NCBI GenBank assembly: GCA_977017645.1
Contig: OZ360239.1
Span: forward strand, 39,804,001-39,868,000
DNA from: Torpedo marmorata
Taxonomy: Eukaryota
Length of the DNA: 64,000 nt
Direction: 5' to 3'
A program made the position numbers and the translations under genes. The notes beneath the pieces are model-generated. The model worked only from the letters and a program-made list of their open reading frames with translations. It was not told where the DNA came from and made no database searches. Below are positions 23,645 to 35,056 of the stretch, piece after piece. The first letter of the stretch is position 1; every line of letters starts with the position of its first letter.

Positions 23645-24660
23645 AGAAACATAGAACCATAGAACACTACAGCACAGAAAACAGGCCATTCGGCCCTTCT
23701 AGTCTGTGCCAAAACATTATTCCGCTAGTCCCACTGACCTGCACCCATTCCATAACCCTCCAGACCTCTTCCATCCATGTATCTATCCAATTTATTCTTA
23801 AAACTTAAAGAGTGAGCCCGCATTTACCAGGTCAGATGGCAGCTTGTTCCACACTCCCACCACTCTCTGAATGAAGAGGTTCCCCCTAATGTTCCCCCTA
23901 AACCTTTCCCCTTTCACCCTAAAACCATGTCCTCTCATATTTATCTCTCCTAATCTAAGTGGAAAGAGCCTACTTGCATTTACTCTGTCTATACCCCTCA
24001 TAATTTTGTAAACTTCTATCAAATCTCCCCGCATTCTTCAACGCTCCAAGGAATAAAGTCCTAACCTGTTTAATCTTTCCTTGTAACTCAACTCCTGAAG
24101 ACCCGGCAACATCCTAGTAAATCTTCTCTGCACTCTTTCCATCTTACTGATATCCTTCCTGTAGTTTGGCGACCAGAACTGCACACAATACTCCAAATTT
24201 GGCCTCACCAATGTCTTATACAACCTCACCATCACATCCCAACTCCTGTACTCAATACTTTGATTTATGAAGGCCAATATGCCAAAAGCTTTCTTTACAA
24301 CCCTGTCTACCCTGTCTACCTGGGCCGAACTGGCTGTTTCTGTGCTGTAAATGTTATATTTTATATGGTTACCTGTGACGCCACTTTCAGGGAATTATGT
24401 ATCTGTATTCCCAGATTCCTTTGTTCCTCCGCACTCCTCAGTGCCCTACCATTTACTGTGTATGTTCTACCTTGGTTTGTCCTTCCAAAATGCAACACTT
24501 CACACTTGTCTGCATTAAATTCCATCTGCCATTTTCTGGCCCATTTTTCCAGATGGTCCAGATCCCTCTGCAAGCTTTGAAAGCCTTCCTTGCTGTCCAC
24601 AACGCCTCCAATCTTAGTGTCATCAGCAAACTTGCTGATCCAATTTCCCACATTATCATC
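23645..24660 (-). mobile_element. Relatively young CR1 LINE 3' fragment
   Basis: ISKFADDTKIGG, LYKTLVRPNLEYCVQFWSP, RGDLIEVYKIMRG; tail agaaacatagaaccatagaac on the plus strand. Confidence 0.95.
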
Positions 24661-24819
24661 ATGCCCAGCACATGGGGAAAAAAAGAGGAAACTTGAAGGT
24701 GACCAACAAAAACAAGAAACATGGATTCTGATTTCTGAGCTGCAAGTACATTTCATGGTGATGACTGAAGGAGGGAATGAGTCTCCATTTATACAGTAAG
24801 TGCTTTCAATGGGTTCTCA

Positions 24820-25273
24820 TGCAAAAATGCTGGAGAAACTCAGCAGGTCACACAGCATCCATAGGAAGTAAGGGGTAACCAAAGGGCAGCATGGTTAGTG
24901 TAGTGGTTAGCACAATGCTATTACAGCGCCAGTGACCTGGGTTCAAATGCAGCACTGTATTTAAGGAGTTTGTACATTCACCCCCATGTCCACATCGGTT
25001 TCCTCCAGGTGCTCTGGTTTCCTCCAACGTTCAAAAAGACGTATGGGGTTAGTAGGTTAATTGGTCACATTGGTGTATTCAGGCGGCGTGGGCTCGTGAG
25101 CCTGAAAGGCCTGTTACCGTGCTATATCTCTAAATTAAATTTTAAAATTAAACACCGTTTCGGGCCTTGGTTAACCCTTACTTCCTATGGATGCTGCATG
25201 ACCTGCTGAGTTTCTCCAGCACTGTTGTGCATTGCACTCGACCCCAGCTTCTGCAGATTTTCTTGTTTAACTG
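24820..25273. mobile_element. PLE-derived fold-back element with a nested V-SINE
   Basis: Inverted arms; perfect 12-bp TSD aatgggttctca at 24808-24819 and 25274-25285. Confidence 0.9.
24884..25150 (+). mobile_element. Full-length V-SINE (HE1-like)
   Basis: A box tagtgtagtgg, B box ggttcaaatgc, V-domain, LINE-like tail. Confidence 0.88.
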
Positions 25274-25509
25274 AATGGGTTCTCAACTGAAGTTGTGAAC
25301 TAAGCCCTTGTAGCCCAACAGTCAGTTTACAGCTTGGAATCAAATCGCAAAGGAGGATTAGAGCAGAATGATGGAATACTGGCAGCTGCTTAAACAGTGG
25401 AGACAGCCAGCTGTTTGATGAACTCATGAAATTGTTTTCAATTTATAAATATTTCAGGAAGGAGTCCCTAATACACAGGCTAACTGCAAACTGTGAGATG
25501 TAGATAATA

Positions 25510-25837
25510 CAGTAAAAGTCCAAAATTCCGCATGTCAGAAATCCGGACCACCCGAGAATCCGTACTTCTCGAAAACTCTCGAGGTTTGTGTGCGTGCGTG
25601 CGTAAGCACTACAGATGCACAACGGAAGTCGCGGAAATGTAAGAATAAAATATTTATTTGTTTTTATTTTGTACTTTGTATTTTATATGAAAAAAATGTT
25701 TCATTAATCAACTATCAAAATGTGCCTGTTTATTCTCCTTAAGTTTGAATTTTAGAAGTACTGCCCGAGAATCCAGAAAATCCAAAAATCTGAACTGACC
25801 CAATCCCCGAGGAGTCCGGATTTTAGGACTTTTACTG
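25510..25837. mobile_element. Tigger/pogo-like MITE
   Basis: TIRs cagtaaaagtccaaaattccg / cggattttaggacttttactg with TA TSD on both sides. Confidence 0.88.
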
Positions 25838-26144
25838 TATCACCTGATGCTGCTGAAAGGCAGTCGAGGGGTGCAGATGGCTGTGACCTGGTATGAAGTT
25901 GGAGTTGGGAATTGTGCAGGTAGAAATAAAGGCACCTCACTATTTACTCCTCACTCAAGGTAAGTTCTAGCTGTACACCCACTGTGCCTATAGCCTCCCA
26001 TGCAGAGTTCTCTTCCTCCTCATCAGACAACATCTCCTGCTTCCTCTTGTATTGCTTGCTGGTCCTAATGATTCCTCTTTACCGAACTTGTTAACTTCAA
26101 AACTTGCTTCTGCAGACAATTAAAGCCAGAAACAGCAAAACAGA

Positions 26145-26868
26145 GTGAAGCACGAATGCTGTGATTGTAGTAAAAACACAGAAACGCTGGAGGAACTCTG
26201 CAGGTCTCGCAGTGTCCATAGGAGGTAAAGATCTTTTACCAAGCACTGCATCCAGTGCTCCCGCTGTCGCCTCCTCTACATCGGAGAGACTGGGCGCAGA
26301 CTGGGAGATCGCTTCGTTGAGCACCTCGGCTCTGTCCTCCGCAATAGCGTGAGTCTCCCAGTGGCCACCCATTTCAATTCCCCATCCCATTTCCTTATCG
26401 ACATGTCTGTCCATGGTCTCATGCACTGCCAGACTGAGACCACCGCAAATTGGAGAAACAACACCGCATATTCCATCTGGGCACCCTCCAACCGGATGGC
26501 ATTAACATAGACTTCTCCGGTTTCCGTTAGCCACCCTCCCTCCTCCCGTTCTTTCTCTATGTCTCCTTTCCTCTTGCTTTGTCTCTCCTTCCCTTTTCCC
26601 CTGCTCTACATTCATAGAGAAACCCCTCCCCCTCCCCCCCCCCACAATCAATTCTCACCTTTCCTCTCTCCTGGTTTCCTCGCCATATCCAATTAACACC
26701 TTTTGTCTGTTGGTCTGTACTCCTCTCCCTGCCCTTTCTTTTAATTCAGACACCTGCCTGCTTTTTACTCATACCTTGAAGAAGGGCTCAGGCCCGAAAT
26801 GTCTGTAAAAAAAATCTTTACCTCCTATAGACGCTGTGAGACCTGCTGAGTTCCTCCACTTTTGTTTT
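26145..26868 (+). mobile_element. 5'-truncated Penelope-like element with inverted terminal repeat at its 5' end
   Basis: Plus strand encodes the GIY-YIG region CIQCSRCRLLYIGETGRRLGDRFVEHL...HFNSPSH, then a pyrimidine-rich UTR and terminal repeat. An inverted terminal-repeat copy lies at 26145-26240. Degenerate TSD acag(c/t)aaa(a/c)caga. Confidence 0.9.
26772..26807 (+). ncRNA. Hammerhead-like motif in PLE terminal repeat (U3 variant)
   Basis: tacc-TTGAAGA-A-GGGC tcag GCCC-GAAA-tGTC; perfect stem II. Confidence 0.55.
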
Positions 26869-28189
26869 ACAGTAAACCAGACACCAGCATGTAGACATTA
26901 TTCACTTCAGCGTAATGGAGAGTGGGCTTCATAGCAGTGTCAAATCCAGCAGTGTGAGATCAACATGTGGCAGGCGAAGGACCATATGGTCACTCAACTA
27001 CCTAGACTGGTTCCTAACTTAGACATCTGTCCGTGTGCACCCCTGGTGCATGTGCTACCTGCTATTTTGGGACCCTTTTAGGTCCCATGTGCTTAGTATA
27101 AGGCAGGAGCAATACAGCTGAATTCTAGGCCCTTAATTTAGGCCATACTACATTGTTGTAACGAAACAACAATGGTTTGACTAAAATTGATTCCACATTT
27201 TACAACACAATTTGAGAAAAGAATTGTAGTTTGTACAGGGAAACAAAGCAAGCACAAATTCAAAATCTTTTCAATGTTGTTCATTTTGAACGTAGTCCAA
27301 GTCGTAAGGAAACACTTCATTTAAATCATTTAGGAAGGTCAAATAGAGAGCCACTACCTCTTTCTTTGGACTTTGAGGATGAGATACATATGCTTAACGT
27401 TCTAGGGTCACAAGCAAATTAAATCACTAGCAGTTGCTGCGGAGTCCCAGAGGATATGTGTCTGAACTGAGGTTTACAAATGGTAACCTCTCCTCAGAGT
27501 ATCATGAAAACATCTGGAGAATACAAAGTCAGCAGATAGCTGTGATTTAGCTTAATGTTTTGGTAAATATTTATGTTGAACAGGGATCAACAAGCAAATA
27601 ATCCTCCTCATTTGGAAACCAGAATTATACACATAAACTCTCAGTTGGTGCTTCTTAATGTAGATTTATGTACAAGTGCTATATCTGTTAACTTCTGCTT
27701 ACACTGCGCAGGTCAACCATACCAGTAATGGATATTCCAGCTAAATCATTCTGAAACCAGCACTCACTTAAGTTTATGTTTTCAAGCTTACTTTCCAATG
27801 CTTAAATGGACTCTCATTTCAATTGTCGTGTGTCCCTATATTCCCTTATTAGATGCACAAAGGATCAAAATGAGTTACAGTATATATGTGCGATTCTATT
27901 TACTTTGTTCCTAGCCACAACAGGCGAATGCCAGAGAAATTATGCCTGCTCATTTGCATGAAATGAACTACACATATAATACTCAATTTCCTGTTAATTT
28001 TAACATACCGGTAAGTTATCCTGTCTGATGTCTCTGCTTCTTGTTTAATGTTTTAACAGATGCCAGTCATTTTGCCGATAGGTTTGTGAATGCAGTGAGA
28101 TGTCTAATACCCTGGCCACTGAGCGCATTTTCTTTCATTCCATGGCCCTCTCTGGCTGCCATGGGTTCAGCAGTCCACTGATACTACAA

Positions 28190-28770
28190 AACCTCTTAAC
28201 CTCCTCCGCTCCAGGGAAGACAGAACTTGCCTCTAATCTCTCCTCGTAACTGAACTGTTCCATTCCAGGCAATATATTGGTGAATTTCCTCCGTTCCTTC
28301 TCTCACACTGTCACATCCTTCCTGTAGTGTGCAGCCCGGAACTACCTGCTGTACTCTTGATGGGGCCTAACAAAAGTTTTATTAAGATGGAGCATAACCT
28401 TCTTGCTCTGGAATTCAATACCTCGACTAATGAAGGCCAGAATCCCATTGCCTTCCTAATTGCATTGTCAACTTGTGCTGCCACTTTCAAGGTCTTTGAA
28501 CTTGACCACCAATGTCTCTCTATTCATCAATACTCCCCAAGACCGTACCATTGATGGCATATGTCCTAGCCTCATTGGTACTCCCAAAAGGCATCCCCTC
28601 ATATTTATCTGGATTGAATTCCAACTGCCATTTATCAGCCCATTTCACCAACACATCAAAATCATTCTGCAACCTAAGACTATGCTCCAAATGATCATGA
28701 CTCCACCAATCTTCCTGTCATCTGTGAATTAAATGATCATGCCTCACACATCCACATCCAAATCATCCAG
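28190..28770 (-). mobile_element. Old CR1 fragment
   Basis: Colinear with the CR1 at 24050-24650 (gaattccaactgcca, ctccaccaatctt). Confidence 0.7.
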
Positions 28771-30049
28771 ATCCCACCCAGCCATTCTCAACAGGGGCCC
28801 TCTGTTTCCCACCTCCCCCCCCACCCCGGGGGCCACAGCACATTATTTTCTTGTTTTCTTTTCACCTCACGTAACATAAATATTTTAACATGTGTTTTTA
28901 ATGTAATCGGTAGGAGAGAAGTACGGAAGAAACCAAAACTTGACTGCTTGACAGGGAAGGGGGGCCCAGAAATTTTGAGCAAAGTCCTCAGAGGCAATTG
29001 TTAAAGTCGACCCGCACTGTATCTCCTCAGGATAAAACAACAGCAGAACAAATGAGCTACACAAACTACCTTTATTGCATATCACTAGCGGGAGTGGGGA
29101 GCATAAAGGAGGAGTAGCTGTTGATACTCATTTCTTTCTGCTATACCCACTCAATTAATACAGACTTTCGTTCACTTTAAATAGTGTTTTCAAGGTCGAC
29201 ATCAGACTCTACGTGCAGTGGTCTTGGCTCGGAGCATCCCCCGGTTGCTTCTCATTAGGTCTTTTACAAAATCTCTTTGTAGTCGACTAAGCAGGTGCAG
29301 TTACATGTCTTTGTAGCTGAGCATACAGTTTCAGTTACGCTATGTCTTGCAGTTTCGATAACATGATGTCTGGCCACTTTCCTTTGTCTGTTAATGCTAA
29401 CAAACTTATGTCAATTTATTTTCTACAACAGAAGCCCCCTAGCACCCTTACATTTTCCTGCCCTCCTCTTCAACACAATAGCCGAAAAGAAGTTGAGAAT
29501 GGCTGCTTTAGACGGCTATCTCACTCCTTAAAACTTCTGTGGCAAGACCTCATGGCCTTCTGCATGGGGGTATGGGTGGGGGAGATACCACAGGTGGGCT
29601 TCAGTCAGGAGTGGGGAGCTAATGATTAGGCCCAACAAACTGATGCTCTGAAGACTTGAGGTACAAGAGCACTAGGAAAGGAAAACTGGCACTTAGGGAA
29701 CAAACACGACTGATTGGTTTATTTTGAATATATCTTGTCATGATTTCATTCATAAAATTATTTGGCATGCTTATTTTGCAATGGGTTTGATTTTCTCCAC
29801 TGTGCCAAGCAGTCAACGTGATGACTGTTAACATAGAAAAGTTAAGATATGGGCAGCTGGTGAATAGGGACGCAGGCTTATTGCTATCGGATGCAAATTG
29901 GTTTTTTGTTACTAGCCCAGGAAGAAACGCAGAAACGTAGAAAATAGGAGGAGAAGTGGGTTCTTCAACACTTCGAGACTGCTCTGCCATTCAATGTGGC
30001 TGACCATCCAAAATCAGTGGCCTGTTCCAGCTTTCAAAAGGGCAAGAAA

Positions 30050-30500
30050 GATACGGTAGCTAAAAACTGAAGCATGAGACAAGGTGCAGAAAGGTTTCCA
30101 AGGGTTCTATCAGAATTTGAAAGATTCACTCTCAGTAAAGACTGGATAGTGCCTTCCTCTTTACAGGAGACCTGATTAAGAGCTTTAAAATTGTGACATG
30201 GTCTGACCTAGTGGATGTGTTTCCTTTTGTTATGGCAGCTCAGAGCAAGGGCAGAAATATAACAAAGCCAGATCGAGTAAAGAATTTTAGGAAGAATTTC
30301 CTAACATATAAAACAACTTGAATGTGGAACTTACGGTCAGGTGAAGAGATGCCACAGTTTATTGATGCATTTAAAGGTGACTTGATTCCTATATGAAAGA
30401 GAAGTAATAGGGAGAAACAAAAGGAGGGAAGTGAAATTTGAGTTTGAGGTGGCTTTGGCAGAGTGTAACACTGGCTAAATGGCATGATTTTATGATATGT
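30050..30500 (+). mobile_element. Old CR1 3' fragment
   Basis: ggagacctgattaagagctttaaaatt, RGDLI-like; decayed. Confidence 0.55.
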
Positions 30501-31205
30501 AGGGCAGAAAGGGCTACAAGGGTTTTATCAGATTTGTGTGTGTAATGAGTTGTTATTTTAGTTGTGGCTGCTGTGTGCACTAGGCCTTGTGGAAGGTATT
30601 GATGTGCCTTTTTGGGATTGTCATCTGTTTTGTATGGTTCATCTGTAAGTATTAAAAACATTTCAGAGGAAAAGTAGTAAAATATATATTTTGTATTTGA
30701 CTCTAATATAAATAGCATTGACTGACATTTCTGGAAATTAAATTTTGTGGGGTCCATCTGTAAGAATTTTAATTAGACTTTCGAGAAAAATAAGTAAAAT
30801 ATATATTTTGTATTTGGCTCTTACAGTATATAAATAACACTAACTGATAGGTCTGCAAATTTCTACTGTAGATAACAAGACAGAATTGAAAATTTTCAGC
30901 AAATAAAAACAGAATATAAATCTTATTTGTTAACATATTGTAGGTACTGAAAAGCAACAAGAGTTGCTAATGGATTATGTAATTTATGACCAAGTAGTGG
31001 TTAATTAGTACCATCATCAAATTTTAAGAGAAGCATATTTTCTTTGATTGATATTATCAGGGCTTGAGCAGAAGCAACCAAGAGGAAAAGTAGTTGTTTG
31101 TACTCAACTACTTTTATACATCACAGAATATAATTGGTAGAGACACCTGTATTTATCTGCTGAATGCACCAGAAAGAAACTAGCGTTTAAATGGCAAAAT
31201 ATATT

Positions 31206-31470
31206 TTTTTTAATTAAAAAAATTTTTTAGACATACAGCACGGTAACAGGCCATTTCGGCCCACGAGTCATGCTGCCCAATTTACACCCAATTAACCTAT
31301 ACCCCCGGTATGTTTCGAATGGTGGGAGGAAACCGGAGCCCCCGGGGAAAACCCACGCAGACATGGGGAGAACGTACCAACTCCTTACAGACAGCGCGGG
31401 ATTCGAACCCTGGTCCCGATTGCTGGCGCTGTAAAGGCGTTGCGCTAACTGCTACGCCAACCGTGCCGCC
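31206..31470 (-). mobile_element. Full-length young V-SINE (HE1-like) with TSD
   Basis: A box TGGCGTAGCAG, B box GGTTCGAATCC, V-domain, tail; perfect TSD aaaatatatt at 31196-31205 and 31471-31480. Confidence 0.93.
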
Positions 31471-32177
31471 AAAATATATTAGAGATTGACCAAAGTTTCT
31501 CCCAGTTCACATCAAGGGAGATGAGCCCAGCAATTTAGCACGCTGATTTAATTCTAGATGTTCCTACATTTGTAATAGGAATGCATCTCAGCAAGTACAT
31601 TGGCAAATCAAGAGAGATACAGCCAAAGAACAAATAGAGTACTCCCCCACCAGCTGGCATTAAATTCTTACTGAATTGCCGCAGCCATTTTGTACCCCTG
31701 ATTTGATATAACTTCTATTTCTGCATGTGAAACTGTAAAATCTTCTTTCGAGGGGGATCTTTCTTGGCCAATAGATTACTGAATGAATTTGTCTCCATTT
31801 AAGACTCAATTGCTAGATCCTATTCAAAAGTGATTCCTTTCGACCAGCAATAAAATTCTCAGGTTTGTGGGTCACCATTTTTTCAAATTCTACTTTTTTT
31901 AAAATTCATTCTCTACATGCTAATAAATTCTCTTGTTAAAGGGGTCCCTATTCAACCTTGACAATCATTTACATTACGTGATTCATGATAATCTGCTGCT
32001 TGAAAATTAACTGTGGGCAAATAATTAGATAAAAGCTGAATCTAATTAATAGCAATAAGGATCATTCGCAGTTCATAATTACCTTTTTGGATAGCTATCT
32101 AAAATATTTACTCTAATCAGTAATGAAGAAAGGTTTGGGATTCTCCAATTCTATTTTAAAGGTAAATGCATCAAAGC

Positions 32178-32416
32178 GCAGCAATTAGCACAACACCGTT
32201 ACAGTGCCAGTGACCGGGGTTCGAATCCGGCTCTGTCTGTAAGGAGTTTGTACGTTCTCCCCGTGTCTGCTTGGGTTTCCTCCGGGTGCTCCGGTTTCCT
32301 CCCACCCAACAAAACATACAGGGGTTGTAGGTCAATTGGGTGTAATTGGGCGGCACGGGCTTGTGGGCCAGAAGGGCCTGTTATTACGTTGTATGTCCAA
32401 ATTTAAACTTAAAATT
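32178..32416 (+). mobile_element. V-SINE (HE1-like)
   Basis: ggttcgaatcc B box; V-domain gggtttcctccgggtgctccggtttcctccca. Confidence 0.9.
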
Positions 32417-33168
32417 AGAAAAACTTTCCCCATATTTAATGTGCTAAATGCACAGTTAATGTCAAATCAAAGATTAGCATTAAAAAATGGCAAAATTTGG
32501 ACATCCTTGTTTTAAAAAAATCATAATTGCTGCTTGCTCCCTTTAAAACGTGTTAAAACCTGACTTGAGCAACTGACAGGTATCAATTGCTTGCTCGGTC
32601 GGGGTGATGAAGATGTCACATGGTGAGAGTGGGGCGGATGTCATGAAAAATGGAGGTTGAGGGGGAAAATGGAGGGGAGTGGTGGAGGGGAAGATGGATA
32701 GGGCAGAAAGCTCTTCACAGAAACCTGAATCAGAACTGAGGGCTACTGGCAACAATTTACATAAATAAGAATTACAATGGATAATTTTTATCACACAAAA
32801 TTGATATCCCAATTGGAGAGGTTTTGCTACTTTCAGTGTGAAGTACTCCTCAGTGAACTGTGAATTAAGTACAAAGGTTGTAAGTTGCCAACTTTTGATC
32901 TAGTTTCTAATGGGTAACTAATCAGTAACTAATGGGTGCCGAGCAGAATGATTGGATTATCATCAAAATATGCCCAAATTGCTGTCTAATTCATTATTTC
33001 TCCATGAAAAAGGTGCAAATGTTTTGGCTCTAATCTATTCTCCAGGTTAACAAAGTTCTTATCAATAAACCATGTGGCTGAGTTGGATCACTTGCAACTT
33101 GAGCATTCAACTGACCCTGAGACCAATAAAGCCACTGGCTGGAGGTATACCATCAATTCTATTTGTAC

Positions 33169-34010
33169 CATATCATAAGACCATAAGACGTAGGAACAGA
33201 AATAGGCTTCTTCAGCCCATCGAGTCTGTCCTGCCATTTAATCATTTTCCCACGCAGCCGCACTACCCACCTTGCTCCCCCTAACCTTTGATGCCCTGGC
33301 TAATCAGGAGCCTATCAATCTCTGCCTTAAATACACCCAATGTCCTGGCCTCCACAACCGCCTGTGGCAACAAATTCCACAGATTTACCACCCTGTGGCT
33401 GAAGAAATTCCTCTGCATCTCTGTCCTGAATGGACGCCCTTCAATTCTGAAGTTGTGCCCTCTTGTCCGAGAATCTCGTACCATGGGAAACAACCTTTCT
33501 ACATCTACTCTGTCCACGACTTTCAACATTCAAAATGTTTCAATGAAATCCCCCCTCACTCTCCTAAATTACAATGAGTACAGGCCAAGAGCTGTCAATC
33601 ATTCCCTTTCATTGCCAGAATCATCCTTGTGAACCTCCTTTGAACCCTCTCCAATGTCAGAACATCCTTTCTTAAATAAGGAGCACAAAACTGCACACAC
33701 TGCTCCAAGTGTGGTCTCACCAGTGCCTAATAAAGCCTCAACATCACATCCCTGCTCTTATATTATATTCCTCTTGAAATGAATGCCAGCATTGCAACTC
33801 AACATGCAAATTTACCTTCAGGGTATCCTGCACGAGGACACCCAGGTCCCTTTGAATCTGGGTATTTTCAATTTTCTCCCCATTTAGAAAATAGTCTGCC
33901 CGTTTATTTTTTCTACCAAAGTGCATGACCGCACACTTTCCGACATTGTATTTCATTTGCCACTTCTCTACTCATTCTTCTAATCTGTCTAAGTCCTTCT
34001 GCAGCCTCCC
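33169..34010 (-). mobile_element. CR1 LINE 3' fragment
   Basis: RTRGHNFRIEGRPFRTEMQRNFFSHRVVNLWNLLP; (ttatggtc)n-type tail. Confidence 0.92.
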
Positions 34011-34309
34011 AGAGAATTCCCAGAGAAACCGGAGGGCAAACAAAACTTTACAAACAGGATTCAAGAACCTGTGAACACTGCAAAGACTACATTTATTAAA
34101 CATACCTGAAGGTAAGATTTCACCACTCCGCAACCGTGTTTGATCTCTGCATTCCCACATGAACAATCCTCCTTTATGTTGGAAACTTAACATCCAAGAA
34201 TAACGCGATAGAAACTCATGCTTGGTCGCCAGCATCAAAATTGTGCAAGAACATTAGCTGTTGGCTTATACATGCTTCAGGTTATTCAGTTGAAGTCAAT
34301 GTATTTTAA

Positions 34310-34600
34310 TTTAATTGAGTTTAGAGATACAGCATGGTAACAGGTCCTATTGGCCCATGATTCGAGATTCAAGATTCAATTTATTGTCATAGTAATAAGA
34401 CAGTGTCATATTCCATGAAATTTTTTTTTGCCTGCTGCAAGGCGCCACCCAAATGCACCCATGTGACCAATTAGCCTACTCACCACTTACGTCTTTGGAA
34501 CGTGGGAGGAAACCAGAGCACCCAGAGGAAACCCACATGGACAAGGGGGATGAATATACAAACTCTTTGCAGAGAGTCGCTGGCGCTGCTACTCTAATTG
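34310..34600 (-). mobile_element. Decayed V-SINE with an inserted Rex1-like tail (~34361-34443)
   Basis: SINE tail and V-domain interrupted by ttcgagattcaagattcaatttattgtcat...gcctgctgcaaggc. Confidence 0.7.
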
Positions 34601-34727
34601 TGCCACTCCAATGTGAGTGGCTAATGCATTTTCAATGTTAAAAGTCCTTAAAATAATGAAGACTTTTAAAATTCTACATTACGCACAAGAGTGCAGGCCT
34701 CTAGGTGTTTACTGAGGAAATAAATCC

Positions 34728-35056
34728 AGAGAACACTGCAGCACAGAAACAGGCCCTTTGGCCCATCGAGTCTATCATGCTGAATTATTACTCCGCTTAC
34801 ACCCATTGACCTGCATCCGGACGTAGCCCTCCCAACCACGTACTTATCCAAACTTCTCTTTAATGTCAAAATCCACCACTTCTGCTAGCAGCTCATACCA
34901 CACCCTCACTTCCCTCTGAGTGAAGAAGTTTCCTCTAATAATCCCCGTAAACATTTCACCTTTCACCCTTAACCCAGGTCCTCTAGTTCTTGTCTCACCC
35001 AACCAACCTCAGTGGAGAAAGCCTGATTGCATTTACTCCATCTGTGTCCCTCATAT
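34728..35056 (-). mobile_element. CR1 3' end
   Basis: Colinear with 23660-24000. Confidence 0.85.

Noticed and set aside
31380-31470. Possible tRNA gene (A and B boxes)
   Set aside because: It is the tRNA-derived head of a V-SINE, continuing into the V-domain and tail.
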